DNA of 45,371 nt from Myxococcota bacterium (GCA_040752415.1 JBFMGU010000062.1:1-45371), one strand, 5' to 3'. Counted from the first letter of the stretch, positions 11,981 to 21,911 are shown. Numbers and translations are program-made. Notes: a model not told the origin generated them from the letters alone.

Positions 11981-13360
11981 TCACTTGCCAATGCAGAAAC
12001 GCTGGAAGATGGCGCCGAGCACTTCTTCCGTGGGCAGGGCGCGTCCGCTGACCTCGCCCACGCAACGCGCCGCACGACGCAGCCACTCGGCCACCGCCTC
12101 CTCCGGCTCCCCCTCGTCGCGGAAGCGGATGGCGCTCTGGAGCGCGTGGATGGCGTGCTCGATCAACGTGCCCTGACGCGCCGTGGCGGCCACCACCCCG
12201 TCGACGCCCTGGCGTGCGCCGCCGGTGAGTCGCTGGATGAGGCGGTCCTTGAGGGTGCCCAGGCCCTCGCCGGTGTGCGCGCTGACGCTGAGCACCTCCG
12301 TCCCCAGACGGCGCGCCAGCGCGAATGCGGCGCCGCAAACGCTGGCCAGGTCGGCCTTGGTCTCCACGACGAGGGGACGGTCGCGGCTGGGTGGGGCTTC
12401 CAGGTTGGCGCCGAGGCTGTCGGTGCCCACGCAGTGGACCACCACGTCGGCCTGCTCCGCCTCACGCTTGCTGCGCCGCACGCCCTCCTGCTCCACGCGA
12501 CCCACGCCCTCGCGGATGCCCGCGGTATCCACCAGCGTGATGGGCATGCCGTCCCAGACCACGCGGGTCTCCACCACGTCGCGCGTGGTGCCGGGCGTGT
12601 CATCCACGATGGAGCGGTCCGTGCCGCACAGCGCGTTGAGCAGCGTGCTCTTGCCGGCGTTGGGCTCACCCCACAACACCACGCGCGCGCCCTCGAGGAG
12701 ACGACGGGACCGGGCGTGGCCCTTCATGATGGTCCGCAGGTGCTCCACCAGCTCCAGCGCGAGCAGCTTCTGCGCCTCGGCGCGACCTTCCGGCAGTCCC
12801 TCGTCGGGAAAATCCAGGTAGGCCTCGGTCTCGGCCAACAGCGCGAGCATGCCCTCCCGCAACGGCTCCAGCATCTGGGCCAGCGCGCCGCGTCGGGCCA
12901 GCTCGGCTTGTCGCGCGGCCTCCTCGCTCTGGGCGCCAATGAGCGCGGACACCGCCTCCGCCTGGTCCAGGCTCATCCGACCATGCAGGAACGCACGCAG
13001 GGTGAACTCCCCCGGCTCGGCCTGGCGCGCCCCCGCGGCGAGGACGGCGTGGAGCAGCCGCTGCGCGTTGATGCGGCCGCCGTAGCCGTGGAACTCCACG
13101 CAGCACTCCCCGGTGTACGAGCGCCCGACGGGGAACGTGGCGCACAACGCCTCCGCGCCGGGGCTTCCGTCGGGCTCACGCAGGGTGCCCAGGTAGAGTC
13201 GCGCGGCGTCCCAGGCGCCGGGGTGATGACGGAGGAAGACGCGGTCGCGGACGCCTTCCGCGTTGGGGCCGCTGATGCGGACAAGGGCCACCACTCCGTC
13301 GCTGCTGCCGGTGAGCAGGGCGGCAATGGTGTCCACGCCTTCCAGGTCCAGGGGTTTCAC
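11981..13360 (-). CDS. mnmE: tRNA modification GTPase MnmE/TrmE
   Basis: DTIAA, VRISG, SYTGE, PGEFTLRAFLHGR, GEPNAGKSTL, PGTTRD, DTAGIR, C-terminal FCIGK. Confidence 0.96.
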   Translation of the reverse strand: MKPLDLEGVDTIAALLTGSSDGVVALVRISGPNAEGVRDRVFLRHHPGAWDAARLYLGTLREPDGSPGAEALCATFPVGRSYTGECCVEFHGYGGRINAQRLLHAVLAAGARQAEPGEFTLRAFLHGRMSLDQAEAVSALIGAQSEEAARQAELARRGALAQMLEPLREGMLALLAETEAYLDFPDEGLPEGRAEAQKLLALELVEHLRTIMKGHARSRRLLEGARVVLWGEPNAGKSTLLNALCGTDRSIVDDTPGTTRDVVETRVVWDGMPITLVDTAGIREGVGRVEQEGVRRSKREAEQADVVVHCVGTDSLGANLEAPPSRDRPLVVETKADLASVCGAAFALARRLGTEVLSVSAHTGEGLGTLKDRLIQRLTGGARQGVDGVVAATARQGTLIEHAIHALQSAIRFRDEGEPEEAVAEWLRRAARCVGEVSGRALPTEEVLGAIFQRFCIGK

Positions 13361-13443
13361 GCCGGCGCTTCTGTGACCGAGAACCCACCCCGCAGCAAGC
13401 GACGGGTTGAATTTGCCGGGGCCCCGGTGTCAGAGAGAGGGGC

Positions 13444-13743
13444 ATGGCCACCATCAAGATCACGCAGGACCACAACCTGCCCGTGCCGGACGTCATCAGC
13501 ATGCTCAAGAAGTTCGAGACCGAGATGGGTCAGTTCGGCGTCTCGCTGGATTGGAACGGATCCAAGGCCAAGGTGAAGGGCACCGGGGTGTCCGGATCCG
13601 TGGAAGTGGTGCAGAACGCGGTCACGCTCATCCTGGAGCTGGGGCTGCTGGCCAAGGCGGCGGGCGTGGATGCGGCCAAGCTGGAGCCGGTGATCAAGCG
13701 GAAGCTGCGCAACGCGCTCCGCGGCGGATCCGGCGAGCAGTAG
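13444..13743 (+). CDS. Putative polyhydroxyalkanoic acid system (PHA_gran_rgn-like) protein
   Basis: IKITQDHNL..QFGVSLDWNG..KGTGVSGSV..LELGLL pattern; purine-rich RBS. Confidence 0.7.
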   Translation: MATIKITQDHNLPVPDVISMLKKFETEMGQFGVSLDWNGSKAKVKGTGVSGSVEVVQNAVTLILELGLLAKAAGVDAAKLEPVIKRKLRNALRGGSGEQ

Positions 13744-14067
13744 TCCGATCAGGATCGGCTGCAGTGGGCTGACCTCGGACCGCGTGGCGCCGCTCCTGGA
13801 CCTGAGCCGGACACCCGTGCGGCCGTTCTCTACATCCCGCGCGGATGGATTCCCGGAAGTGCCACCAAGACAAGCGTTGGACCGGCGGAAGAGCGCAGCC
13901 GGGTCGGAGGTCCCACCCGCACGCAGGTCGGGTGGACCCACCGGCCAGGCGGGTGATGACCCTCCCGTGGCGCGGCGTCCATGATCAGCCCGCTCGCCCG
14001 GCGTCTGGGCGCATGGAAGCATGCCTCCGGCGCGTCACAACGCCACCACCACTGATAGGATCGAGCC

Positions 14068-14640
14068 ATGGACACGAGCGTCAATGACAAGCTGGCCCCT
14101 GGCTTCCTGGTGGCGCCGCCGCCCATGGGGGACCCCAACTTCGACCACACCCTGGTCCTCATGGCGCTCCACGACGACAACGGCTCGTTGGGCTTTGTGG
14201 TGAACCGCCGCAGCAACATCTCGCTGCACGCACTGCTCAAGGAGCTGGAAATTGAGCCGCACCTGGAGGACCGACCGGTGCTCCTGGGTGGGCCGGTCAG
14301 CAACTCCACCGGCTTCGTGCTCTACGAGCACCCGGAGAATGCGCCGCTGGCGCCGGGCATGTCGGTGACGCCCACCATCAGCCTCTCTCCCTCCAAGGAG
14401 GTCCTGGTGGCGGCGGCCAACAACCGGCTGAGCGGGCGCTTCGAGCTGTTGCTGGGCTACGCCGGCTGGGGTCCGGGCCAGCTCATTGGCGAGCTGCAAC
14501 GCGGCAGCTGGCTGCATGCGGAATTCGACCCGCAGCTGCTGTTTGACGTGACCCTGGAGAACCGCTGGGCGGACGCCTACCGGCGTCTGGGCGTCAGCCC
14601 GTTGGGCTTTGTGAACGTACCGGGCGGCGCCTTCGCCTGA
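14068..14640 (+). CDS. YqgE/AlgH (UPF0301) family protein
   Basis: DPNFDHT, GFVVNR, GGPV, LGYAGWGPGQLIGEL. Confidence 0.92.
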   Translation: MDTSVNDKLAPGFLVAPPPMGDPNFDHTLVLMALHDDNGSLGFVVNRRSNISLHALLKELEIEPHLEDRPVLLGGPVSNSTGFVLYEHPENAPLAPGMSVTPTISLSPSKEVLVAAANNRLSGRFELLLGYAGWGPGQLIGELQRGSWLHAEFDPQLLFDVTLENRWADAYRRLGVSPLGFVNVPGGAFA

Positions 14641-14721
14641 AGGCTCGTGCGACCGGTCCCCCGCCCTCGCTAGGATGGCCCTGAACCCCCTCTGGCACCT
14701 CGCGTGCTTGTTGGGATGGGC

Positions 14722-15663
14722 ATGCTGACGCACCACGTGGGGGAGACCGGGGAGCTGCAACCGGTGCGCGACGTGGGGGAGGCCATGCGGTCCCCCTGGG
14801 TGGACGTGACCGACCCGAGCGCGGAGGAGGTGCAGCAGCTCAACCAGAAGCTGGGCATCCCCATGGACTACCTGGCCCACGCGCTGGACCCCGACGAGCT
14901 GGCGCGCGCGGAGCACGGGGAGGGCCACTCCCTGGTGGTGATGCGCATCCCGGTGCAGCGCGAGGGCCACCCCGACCAGCCCTTCACCACGGTGCCGCTG
15001 GGCGTGGTCATCAGTGGGGGTCGCCTGGTGACCGTCTGCGGGGTGCGGCAGGAGCTGACGCCCGCCCTGGCCTCCGCCCCCAACGACGCCATCCATCCCC
15101 ACCGGCCCCACCGCTTCGTGCTGCGTCTGCTGCTGATGAGCGCGCACCGGTTCCTGGAGCACCTCAAGAGCATCAACCACCAGGTGGACGCGCTGGAGGA
15201 CCGCCTGCAGGCGTCGTTGGAGAACGATTCGTTGATGGGGCTGCTGAAGTACCAGAAGGCCCTGGTGTTCTTCACCACGGCGCTGCGCTCCAATGAGCTG
15301 CTCCTGGAGCGCCTCCGCCACGACCCGCATTTCCCGATACCGCGCGCGGAGGAGGACCTCCTGGAGGACGTGCTCATCGAGCTGCGCCAGGCCATGGAGG
15401 TCACCCGCATTGCCACCGAGATCCTGAGCCAGATGATGGACGCGTTTGCCTCCATCATCTCCAACAACCTCAACGTGGTGATGAAGTTCCTGGCCAGCTG
15501 CACCATCCTCCTCACCATCCCCACCATGATTGCCAGCTTCTACGGGATGAACGTGCCCCTGCCGGGCTCCGCCCACGCGCTGGCGTTGGGGGTGGTGGTT
15601 GCGGTCTCCACGGCGGTGACGTTGGTGGTGGCGGTGGTGCTGCGGCGTCGCAAGTGGTTGTGA
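14722..15663 (+). CDS. corA: CorA-family Mg2+/Co2+ transporter
   Basis: ALDPDELAR, DAFASIISNNLNVVMK, IPTMIASFYGMNV (GMN motif); start could be 14704, 14716 or 14722. Confidence 0.92.
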   Translation: MLTHHVGETGELQPVRDVGEAMRSPWVDVTDPSAEEVQQLNQKLGIPMDYLAHALDPDELARAEHGEGHSLVVMRIPVQREGHPDQPFTTVPLGVVISGGRLVTVCGVRQELTPALASAPNDAIHPHRPHRFVLRLLLMSAHRFLEHLKSINHQVDALEDRLQASLENDSLMGLLKYQKALVFFTTALRSNELLLERLRHDPHFPIPRAEEDLLEDVLIELRQAMEVTRIATEILSQMMDAFASIISNNLNVVMKFLASCTILLTIPTMIASFYGMNVPLPGSAHALALGVVVAVSTAVTLVVAVVLRRRKWL

Positions 15664-15780
15664 GGGGGCCAATGCTGGTCGGTAGGCGTGGGGGCCGTTA
15701 CCGTCAGGGCGTTGACCGGTGGGGCGGGCGCAGGTTTCTCGTGAAGGTGGGGTCGGCTCTCGACGTGGGGGTGACGGAAC

Positions 15781-17538
15781 GTGAGCGTGCGTGAGGGTAG
15801 CCTCCCGGTGCCTGCTCCCAGGCTGAGCCTGGCTTCGGCCCTGCGCGAGTCGCTGGCGCAGGGCTATGACGGTACCAAGCTCCGCGCGGACATCATGGCC
15901 GGGCTGGTGGTGGGCGTGGTGGCCCTGCCGTTGGCCATGGCCCTGGCCATTGCCAGCGGGGTCCCGCCCCAACACGGGCTGTACACCTCGATCGTCGCCG
16001 GCGGGCTGATTGCGCTGCTGGGCGGTTCCCGCACCCAGGTCTCCGGGCCCACCGCGGCCTTCGTGGTGATCCTGGCGCCCATCTCCGCGCAGTTCGGGCT
16101 GGCGGGCCTGATGCTGGCCACGGTGATGGCCGGGGTCATCTTGTTTGGGCTGGGGCTGTTCCGGATGGGTCGGCTCATCCAGTTCATCCCCTACCCGGTC
16201 ACCACCGGTTTCACCGCCGGCATTGCCGTGGTGATTGCCACCCTGCAGCTCAAGGACTTCCTGGGGCTCACCGTGGCGCAGATGCCGGAGCACTACGTGG
16301 GCCGGGTGGCGGCGCTGGCCCGCGCGCTCCCCACCCTGCGCGGGCCGGACCTGCTGGTGGGCGCGCTGACCATGACCATCCTGCTGGGCTGGCCCAAGGT
16401 CACCAAGAAGGTCCCCGCGCCCCTGGTGGCGCTCACCGGGGCCGCGGTGCTGGCCCACCTGGCCGCATTGCTGGTGCCCGGCTTCGAGGTGGCCACCATC
16501 GGGACCCGGTTCTCCTACCAGTCCGCCGACGGCGCGGTGCTCCCCGGCATCCCCCGCCTGCCGCCCCTGCCCGTGCTCCCCTGGACCCTGCCCGGGGCGG
16601 GCGGTCTGCCCATGGGACTGAGCTTCGAGCTGGTGAACGAGCTCCTCCCCTCGGCGTTTGCCATCGCCATGCTGGGGGCCATCGAGTCGTTGCTCTCCGC
16701 GGTGGTGGCCGACGGCATGGCCGGCACCAAACACGACCCGGACGCCGAGCTGATGGCCCAGGGGGTGGGCAACATGGTGGCACCGTTCTTTGGCGGCTTT
16801 GCGGCCACCGGGGCCATTGCCCGCACCGCCACCAACATCCGCTCCGGGGCGGTCTCTCCGATTGCGTCGGTGGTGCATGCGCTGTTCGTGCTGGTGGCGG
16901 TGCTGGCCCTGGCGCCCCTGGTGGCCTACCTGCCCATGGCCTCCCTGGCCGCCATCCTCCTGCTGGTGGCGTGGAACATGAGTGAAGCCAAGCACTTTGT
17001 GTACATGTTCCGGGTGGCGCCCCGCTCGGACGTGACGGTGCTGCTGACCTGCTTCCTGCTCACGGTCGTCTTCGACATGGTGGTCAGCGTCACCGCCGGG
17101 GTGCTGCTGGCTTCCCTGCTGTTCATGCGGCGCATGGCGGAGATCAGTGGTGCGCGCCTGGTGACCGAGGAGCACCCCTCCCTCCGTCAGCCCCTCCCCC
17201 CTGGCGTGGTGCTCTACGAGATTGCTGGCCCGTTGTTCTTTGGCGCGGCCGAGAAGGCCATGAGCTCGCTCAATGCCATTGGCGGCAAGCCCCGGGTGGT
17301 CATCCTGGATGTGACCGCGGTGCCGGCCATGGACGCCACCGGGCTGGTGAACTTCGAGTCGGCGCTGCGCCGCCTGGGCCGACTGCACGCGCTCATCATC
17401 GTCAGCGGCCTCCAGAGCCAACCGGCCTCCGTGCTGGCCCGCGCGGGTGTCGTTGAGCGGGAGGGCGCGCTGGTGTTCTGCAGGACCATGGAGGACGCCC
17501 TGGCCCGGGTGGGCGGGGACGGCCGGGCGGTGGCCTGA
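15781..17538 (+). CDS. SulP/SLC26 anion transporter (DauA-like) with STAS domain
   Basis: ADIMAGLVVGVVALPLAMALAI, VSGPTAAF, GAIESLLSAVVADGM, ATGAIARTATN, GPLFFGAA. Confidence 0.93.
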   Translation: MSVREGSLPVPAPRLSLASALRESLAQGYDGTKLRADIMAGLVVGVVALPLAMALAIASGVPPQHGLYTSIVAGGLIALLGGSRTQVSGPTAAFVVILAPISAQFGLAGLMLATVMAGVILFGLGLFRMGRLIQFIPYPVTTGFTAGIAVVIATLQLKDFLGLTVAQMPEHYVGRVAALARALPTLRGPDLLVGALTMTILLGWPKVTKKVPAPLVALTGAAVLAHLAALLVPGFEVATIGTRFSYQSADGAVLPGIPRLPPLPVLPWTLPGAGGLPMGLSFELVNELLPSAFAIAMLGAIESLLSAVVADGMAGTKHDPDAELMAQGVGNMVAPFFGGFAATGAIARTATNIRSGAVSPIASVVHALFVLVAVLALAPLVAYLPMASLAAILLLVAWNMSEAKHFVYMFRVAPRSDVTVLLTCFLLTVVFDMVVSVTAGVLLASLLFMRRMAEISGARLVTEEHPSLRQPLPPGVVLYEIAGPLFFGAAEKAMSSLNAIGGKPRVVILDVTAVPAMDATGLVNFESALRRLGRLHALIIVSGLQSQPASVLARAGVVEREGALVFCRTMEDALARVGGDGRAVA

Positions 17539-17620
17539 AGCGGCTCCGGCGCGTGAAGAACCTCCTGAACAACACGCTGAACCCGACCGCCAGCACAGGA
17601 GAAAGTCGCGGCCAGCGGCT

Positions 17621-18112
17621 TCAGCGGCCCAGGCTCCGGCGCAGGGCCAGTCGTGCCTCGCGTCGGGCCACCGCCTCCCGCTGGCGACGCTTCTCATCCT
17701 CGGTCACCGCCACCGCGCGGGGCACGGAAGTGGGACAGCCGGCGTCATCCAGCGCCACGAACGTGAGGTAGGCGGTGAGGGCATGGCGACGCTCCCCGGT
17801 GCGTGCGTTCTCGCTCTCCACGCGCACCCCCACCTCCATGCTGGTGTGGAAGGCCATGTTCACCTGCGCCTTGAGGGACACCACCATTCCCAGCTTGATG
17901 GGCTCCACGAACGTCAGCTGGTCCACCGCCACGGTCACCACCTGCTTGCCGGAGTGGCGCTGGGCGGCAATGGCGGCGCAGATGTCGGTCCAGCCCATCA
18001 CCGTGCCGCCGAAGGCGGTGCCCAGCGCGTTGGTGTCGCTGGGCAGGACCAGCTGGGTCATCTCCACCCGCGAAAGCCCCGCGGGCTTCTCCGTCACCGG
18101 CGTCTCAGGCAT
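17621..18112 (-). CDS. Acyl-CoA thioesterase (hotdog fold, YciA-like)
   Basis: VLPSDTNALGTAFGG, VVTVAVD, TSMEVGVRV, YLTFVALD; RBS ggag before ATG 18112. Confidence 0.93.
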   Translation of the reverse strand: MPETPVTEKPAGLSRVEMTQLVLPSDTNALGTAFGGTVMGWTDICAAIAAQRHSGKQVVTVAVDQLTFVEPIKLGMVVSLKAQVNMAFHTSMEVGVRVESENARTGERRHALTAYLTFVALDDAGCPTSVPRAVAVTEDEKRRQREAVARREARLALRRSLGR

Positions 18113-18178
18113 GGCTCCTCCGCAGAACGCTGGCCGCATTGATGGACCACGGTTGGCGAAGCGGGCAAGGTGGGAGCC

Positions 18179-19009
18179 ATGAGGTCCCCGGTTTGCGCCG
18201 CCACCCTGCTGCTGGCTTCCTGCGCCCTGGCCTGCGGATCCGAACGCGCCACCGAGCGCCCGCCCACCCCGGACCGACCCACCCGATCCGCCGGATCCGC
18301 TCCCGCCCCGACCGTGTCCCTGCCGCCGGAGGTGCCGCTGGCCCAGGCTACCGAGGTTGCCGCGCTGACCATCCACCAGGGCGCCTTGATCCTGGACGGG
18401 CAGACCCTGGTGACGGTGGGGCCGTGGGGCTGGCGTCGCGAGAACATGGACGGCGAGTGGATCCGACCGCTGCAGGCGGCCCTGGAGCCGCGGCGCTGGG
18501 CGGTGCCGGAGGCGGAGCAGGAGAGCTTTCCCAGCAAGGCCTACGTGCGGATCCAGGCCGACCAGAACGCCACCCACGCGCTGCTCTACCCGGTGATGGC
18601 CACCGCCGCCTCGGTGGGGTTCCACCGGTTCCGGCTGGACGCGGTGGATGAGGTCTTTGGCATTGCCTGCGCGCTACCCCGCCAGGAGCAGTTGCCCGGG
18701 CTGGATGCCGGCGTGGTGGTGCTGCTGGACCTGACCGCCAAGAACGTGCAGCTCACCGCGCGCAACCCCGCCCTCCCGCAGGGCCCCGACAATCCCCTCA
18801 AGCGCTCCTTCGCCCCCGGCGCCCTGGCGGAGCTCACCGCGCTGATGGCCGAGAAGGACGCGGAGTGGGGGCGCATCCCGCTGCGCTTCCAGCCGGACGC
18901 CGAGGCCAGCTACGGCCTGCTGCTGCGCACCCTGGCCGCGGTGCTGAAAGCCCAGCCCTGGCGGGAGGGCCGGTTCAGCAGCCTGCTCATCTCCCCGTGG
19001 ATGCGCTGA
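18179..19009 (+). CDS. Putative lipoprotein with two ExbD/TolR-like periplasmic domains
   Basis: Lipobox-like LASC/ALAC; IQADQNATHALLYPVMATAASVGF and FQPDAEASYGLLLRTL. Confidence 0.55.
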   Translation: MRSPVCAATLLLASCALACGSERATERPPTPDRPTRSAGSAPAPTVSLPPEVPLAQATEVAALTIHQGALILDGQTLVTVGPWGWRRENMDGEWIRPLQAALEPRRWAVPEAEQESFPSKAYVRIQADQNATHALLYPVMATAASVGFHRFRLDAVDEVFGIACALPRQEQLPGLDAGVVVLLDLTAKNVQLTARNPALPQGPDNPLKRSFAPGALAELTALMAEKDAEWGRIPLRFQPDAEASYGLLLRTLAAVLKAQPWREGRFSSLLISPWMR

Positions 19010-19143
19010 GCCGCGCGTCCGCGGCCTGGTTCTCGTCGACAACCGACTCCTGGGGCGCAGCCTGGGGCCCGCACTTCTAGGCACGGGTGTGGCTTGTGCC
19101 GGGTGGCTCGCAACGTGAGAACCCGAGGACAAGGAGGTGCCTC

Positions 19144-20058
19144 ATGCTGGCGCCCTGCATGCTTTCCCTGTTGGCGGCAATGCTCACCGAGGGCGGAGCA
19201 GAAGAGGCGGTCCCGCCCCCGGGCCACGGCATGGACGACGGCAAGATCGTCCTGGTGGCCAACACCTGGCAGATCGACAGCAGCGTGCAGGACCTGGCCG
19301 ACGTCACGCCGCTCATCCTGGCCCAGGAGCTCAACCGGCTGCCCGCGCTGCACGCGGTCTCGCTCCACGACGTGGAAGTGGACCCCGAGCACCCCGAGGG
19401 CCAGGCGCTGCTGGACTGCCAGTCCATGGAGTGCGTGTTCCTGCAGGCGGGGCTGCTGCAGGCCAATGAGCTCATCACCACCTCCCTGGTCTCGTTGCAG
19501 GAGGAGTTCCTGCTGAGCCTCACGCGCTACGCGCCGGACGGCTCGGTGCGGGCGGCCAGCGTGCGTCGCATCCCGCACGAGAGCCCGGAGAAGCTGGAGG
19601 GTGAGATCCGCGCCGCGGTGTCCGAGCTGTACCCGGAGCTGCGCGGCAGCGCCGATGAGGAGGTGGCGGCGGGGTCCGCGGGCGAGGCGGTGGTGGAGAG
19701 CACGGCGCGCTCCCCGGTGACCGGCGGCGCGGGCTTCAAGCGCGTGGCCATGGCGGCGGTGGGCGGCGCGGGGCTGGCCAGCGGCCTGGTGCTCCTGGCC
19801 ACCGCGATCATTGGCGGGGCCATTGCCGGTGGTGCGCTGCTCTCCAACGCGCTGCAGGCGGCGGTGGTGCTCTCCACCCCGACCACGCCGGTGTTCCCGG
19901 GGGCGGGGCGGCTGGACCAGCGTCGGGAGGCGGGGTTCCACGCGGCCACCGCGCTGGGCGCCGGCGTTTCCCTGGTGGGCTTCACGCTCCTGGGCCTGGT
20001 GGCGCTCACCGCGGAGACCGTGGGCGCGGCGTTGTTCGGCCGGGCCATGCGCATGTGA
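19144..20058 (+). CDS. Hypothetical exported/membrane protein with C-terminal TM helices
   Basis: RBS aggagg; N-terminal hydrophobic segment, CxxxxC pair, C-terminal hydrophobic helices. Confidence 0.6.
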   Translation: MLAPCMLSLLAAMLTEGGAEEAVPPPGHGMDDGKIVLVANTWQIDSSVQDLADVTPLILAQELNRLPALHAVSLHDVEVDPEHPEGQALLDCQSMECVFLQAGLLQANELITTSLVSLQEEFLLSLTRYAPDGSVRAASVRRIPHESPEKLEGEIRAAVSELYPELRGSADEEVAAGSAGEAVVESTARSPVTGGAGFKRVAMAAVGGAGLASGLVLLATAIIGGAIAGGALLSNALQAAVVLSTPTTPVFPGAGRLDQRREAGFHAATALGAGVSLVGFTLLGLVALTAETVGAALFGRAMRM

Positions 20059-20070
20059 GGCGCGTCCGCG

Positions 20071-20685
20071 TCAGTCCACGGCGTCACGCGCGGACGCGTG
20101 GGCCAGGTGCGGCAGCGCCAGCAGCACGACCGCCGTGAGGCCCGCGCCCACCGCCACCACGATGGGCAGCCACTGCACCGTGCTCCAGTACGGCGTCACC
20201 CACGTCCGCACCTCCGCCACCGGCACGATCTCCGGCGTGGCCGGCGCGAGCACCGCCGCGCCCAGCAGCCCCAGCATGGCCACGCTGGCGGCCACCCCGG
20301 CCCACGGCACCAGCAGCACCGCCAGCACCGCGCGGCTCAGCCCGGGCAGCCGCTCCGCCAACTCGCGCGCGCTCCGCACCACGGCGCTGTCTCCGTCCAC
20401 GACCGAGGTGCGGCCAGGCTCCACCCGCACCTCCACCACCACCTCGGGCCGGCCCTGACGGCGGACGCGCACCTCGTGCGGCCCGGCCGCAAGTTCCACG
20501 CGCAGCGGCGTGCGGCCAGCGGGCTTTCCGTCGACGGTGACCCAGGCGCCGGGCCGCACCGTCACCACCAGCAGGGTGCCTTCCTCCCGCGGCTCCGGCT
20601 CCGTCCCGGCGCGGAGGGCGGGGGCCAGGAGCAGCGTCCCAAGGAGGAGCGCGTGTCCCAGCCGCGCGGGAAGCCCGGGCCCCAT
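20071..20685 (-). CDS. PEGA-domain membrane protein
   Basis: GTLLVVT..PGAWVTVDGKPAGRTPL..LAAGPHEVRVRRQG; two C-terminal TM segments. Confidence 0.8.
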   Translation of the reverse strand: MGPGLPARLGHALLLGTLLLAPALRAGTEPEPREEGTLLVVTVRPGAWVTVDGKPAGRTPLRVELAAGPHEVRVRRQGRPEVVVEVRVEPGRTSVVDGDSAVVRSARELAERLPGLSRAVLAVLLVPWAGVAASVAMLGLLGAAVLAPATPEIVPVAEVRTWVTPYWSTVQWLPIVVAVGAGLTAVVLLALPHLAHASARDAVD

Positions 20686-20689
20686 GACG

Positions 20690-21151
20690 TCACACCGGCG
20701 GGGGCGTGGCGGGACGGTCCGTTCGCGTCGCGTCGCGCTCCAGGGCGGCGATGGCCACGTCCAGGAAGTCCGCCCGGGTCAGCATTCCCACCGGGCGCCC
20801 GGCGTCGGTGACGGGCAGGCAGCCAATCCCCAGCTCCCGCAGCATGCACCCGGCGCGGGCCGCGCTCTCGTCGGGGCTGACGGTCTGGACGTCCGTGACC
20901 ATGACCTCCCCCACCTCCACCACGCGCTGGAAGCTGCACTCCTCCCCGCCCTCCATGCGCTCGATGTGCTGGAGACAGGAGTGCATGAGGTCATGGTGCG
21001 TGATGAGCCCGACGAGCTGACCGGACCGCACCACCGGGAGGTGATGGATGCCGGCCTGGCGCATGCGCTCCTGGGCGGAGCCCACGGTGTCGCGCGCGTC
21101 CACCGTGACCAGGCTGGTGGACATGAGGTCCTTCACTTTGAGCTGGGCCAT
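20690..21151 (-). CDS. CBS-pair domain protein
   Basis: VKDLMST, IHHLPVV..GLIT..DL, VGEVMVTDV, IGCLPV..GMLTRADF; RBS ggagg. Confidence 0.9.
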   Translation of the reverse strand: MAQLKVKDLMSTSLVTVDARDTVGSAQERMRQAGIHHLPVVRSGQLVGLITHHDLMHSCLQHIERMEGGEECSFQRVVEVGEVMVTDVQTVSPDESAARAGCMLRELGIGCLPVTDAGRPVGMLTRADFLDVAIAALERDATRTDRPATPPPV

Positions 21152-21183
21152 GGTCGCCTCCGTGCTGGGTGACATCCTTCTTC

Positions 21184-21199
21184 TGCCAACGCGGTGCCA
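21184..21199 (-). promoter_or_regulatory. sigma54-type promoter for the CBS gene
   Basis: Minus strand TGGCAC-CGCGT-TGGCA, 32 bp upstream of ATG 21151. Confidence 0.6.
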
Positions 21200-21304
21200 A
21201 CGCCGCTGCGGATCCGTGGCGCCGTGGGCCCGCAGCGGTTGCGCGTGGAGCTGGGCTCTCCGTCAACCCGTGCGCGGCTTTTCTCCCGCGGGTTGCTCCC
21301 GCGC

Positions 21305-21320
21305 TGGCATGACGCCTGCT
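21305..21320 (+). promoter_or_regulatory. sigma54-type promoter for the hemerythrin-like gene
   Basis: TGGCAT-GACGC-CTGCT, 28 bp upstream of ATG 21349. Confidence 0.6.
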
Positions 21321-21348
21321 CCCGCGTGCCCGCACGGAGGGAGGCGGC

Positions 21349-21852
21349 ATGGACGAGATCTGGAGCTTGTTGGAGGAGCACGCGGCGGTGCGTTGGATGG
21401 CGGGGACGCTGATGGTGGCGGTGCGCCCGGCAACCGGGTCCCCCGACGAGCCCGCACGGGTGGCGACCCTGCTGGCCCGGCTGCAGCGGCTGCTGGAGGT
21501 GCACCGCCCCAAGGATGACGCGCTGGTGATTCCGCGCCTGCTGGAGAAGGGCGTGGTGACCACCGAGGAGCTCAGCGCCTTCCAAAGCGAGCGCGAGGTG
21601 GTGGACGAGATGCTGCGTGCCGCGCTCCACTGCGCGGGCTCCGAGGGTGGCCACGCGTGCCACCCGCTGGCGATGATGGTGGACGCGCTGGTGGTGGCCG
21701 TGGAGGCCATGCTGCTGAACGAGGAGGCCTTCCTCTACCCGCTGTTGTGCCAGGCCTGCGACGACGACGAGAAGTGGCGCCTCAGCGTGGAGCTGGACCG
21801 CGCGGTGGACGTGGCGGGCCGGGCGGAGCGGAGCGCGCTGCTGGCGGCGTGA
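21349..21852 (+). CDS. Hemerythrin/HHE-like four-helix protein (degenerate)
   Basis: LLEEH, H-x3-DD..IP, EEAFLYP helical repeat pattern; RBS ggagg. Confidence 0.6.
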   Translation: MDEIWSLLEEHAAVRWMAGTLMVAVRPATGSPDEPARVATLLARLQRLLEVHRPKDDALVIPRLLEKGVVTTEELSAFQSEREVVDEMLRAALHCAGSEGGHACHPLAMMVDALVVAVEAMLLNEEAFLYPLLCQACDDDEKWRLSVELDRAVDVAGRAERSALLAA

Positions 21853-21895
21853 ACCGCCCAGGAGCGCACCCCGACGCGGGATTCCCTCCATCCGC

Positions 21896-21911
21896 CGGCA
21901 CACTGGCTGCA
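21896..21911 (+). promoter_or_regulatory. Possible sigma54-type promoter
   Basis: CGGCAC-ACTGG-CTGCA (GG-N10-GC) upstream of ATG 21959. Confidence 0.45.

Noticed and set aside
11482..12075. Short ORFs with repeated CRGCPLPVTRER or MVSPGPRCH peptides
   Set aside because: Translations of the non-coding repeat units
13744..14067. Possible tRNA, tmRNA or other ncRNA in a 320-bp gap (contains CCACCA)
   Set aside because: No T-loop GTTC motif, cloverleaf or recognisable Rfam motif found by eye; left unexplained, an Infernal scan would decide
14035..17697. 1220-aa minus-strand ORF, and similar long ORFs at 7917-10049, 22200-25130, 31496-33610, 34443-38075 and 38885-41281
   Set aside because: Antisense shadows of real genes, expected from high GC3 codon bias; His/Arg/Gly-rich with no motifs
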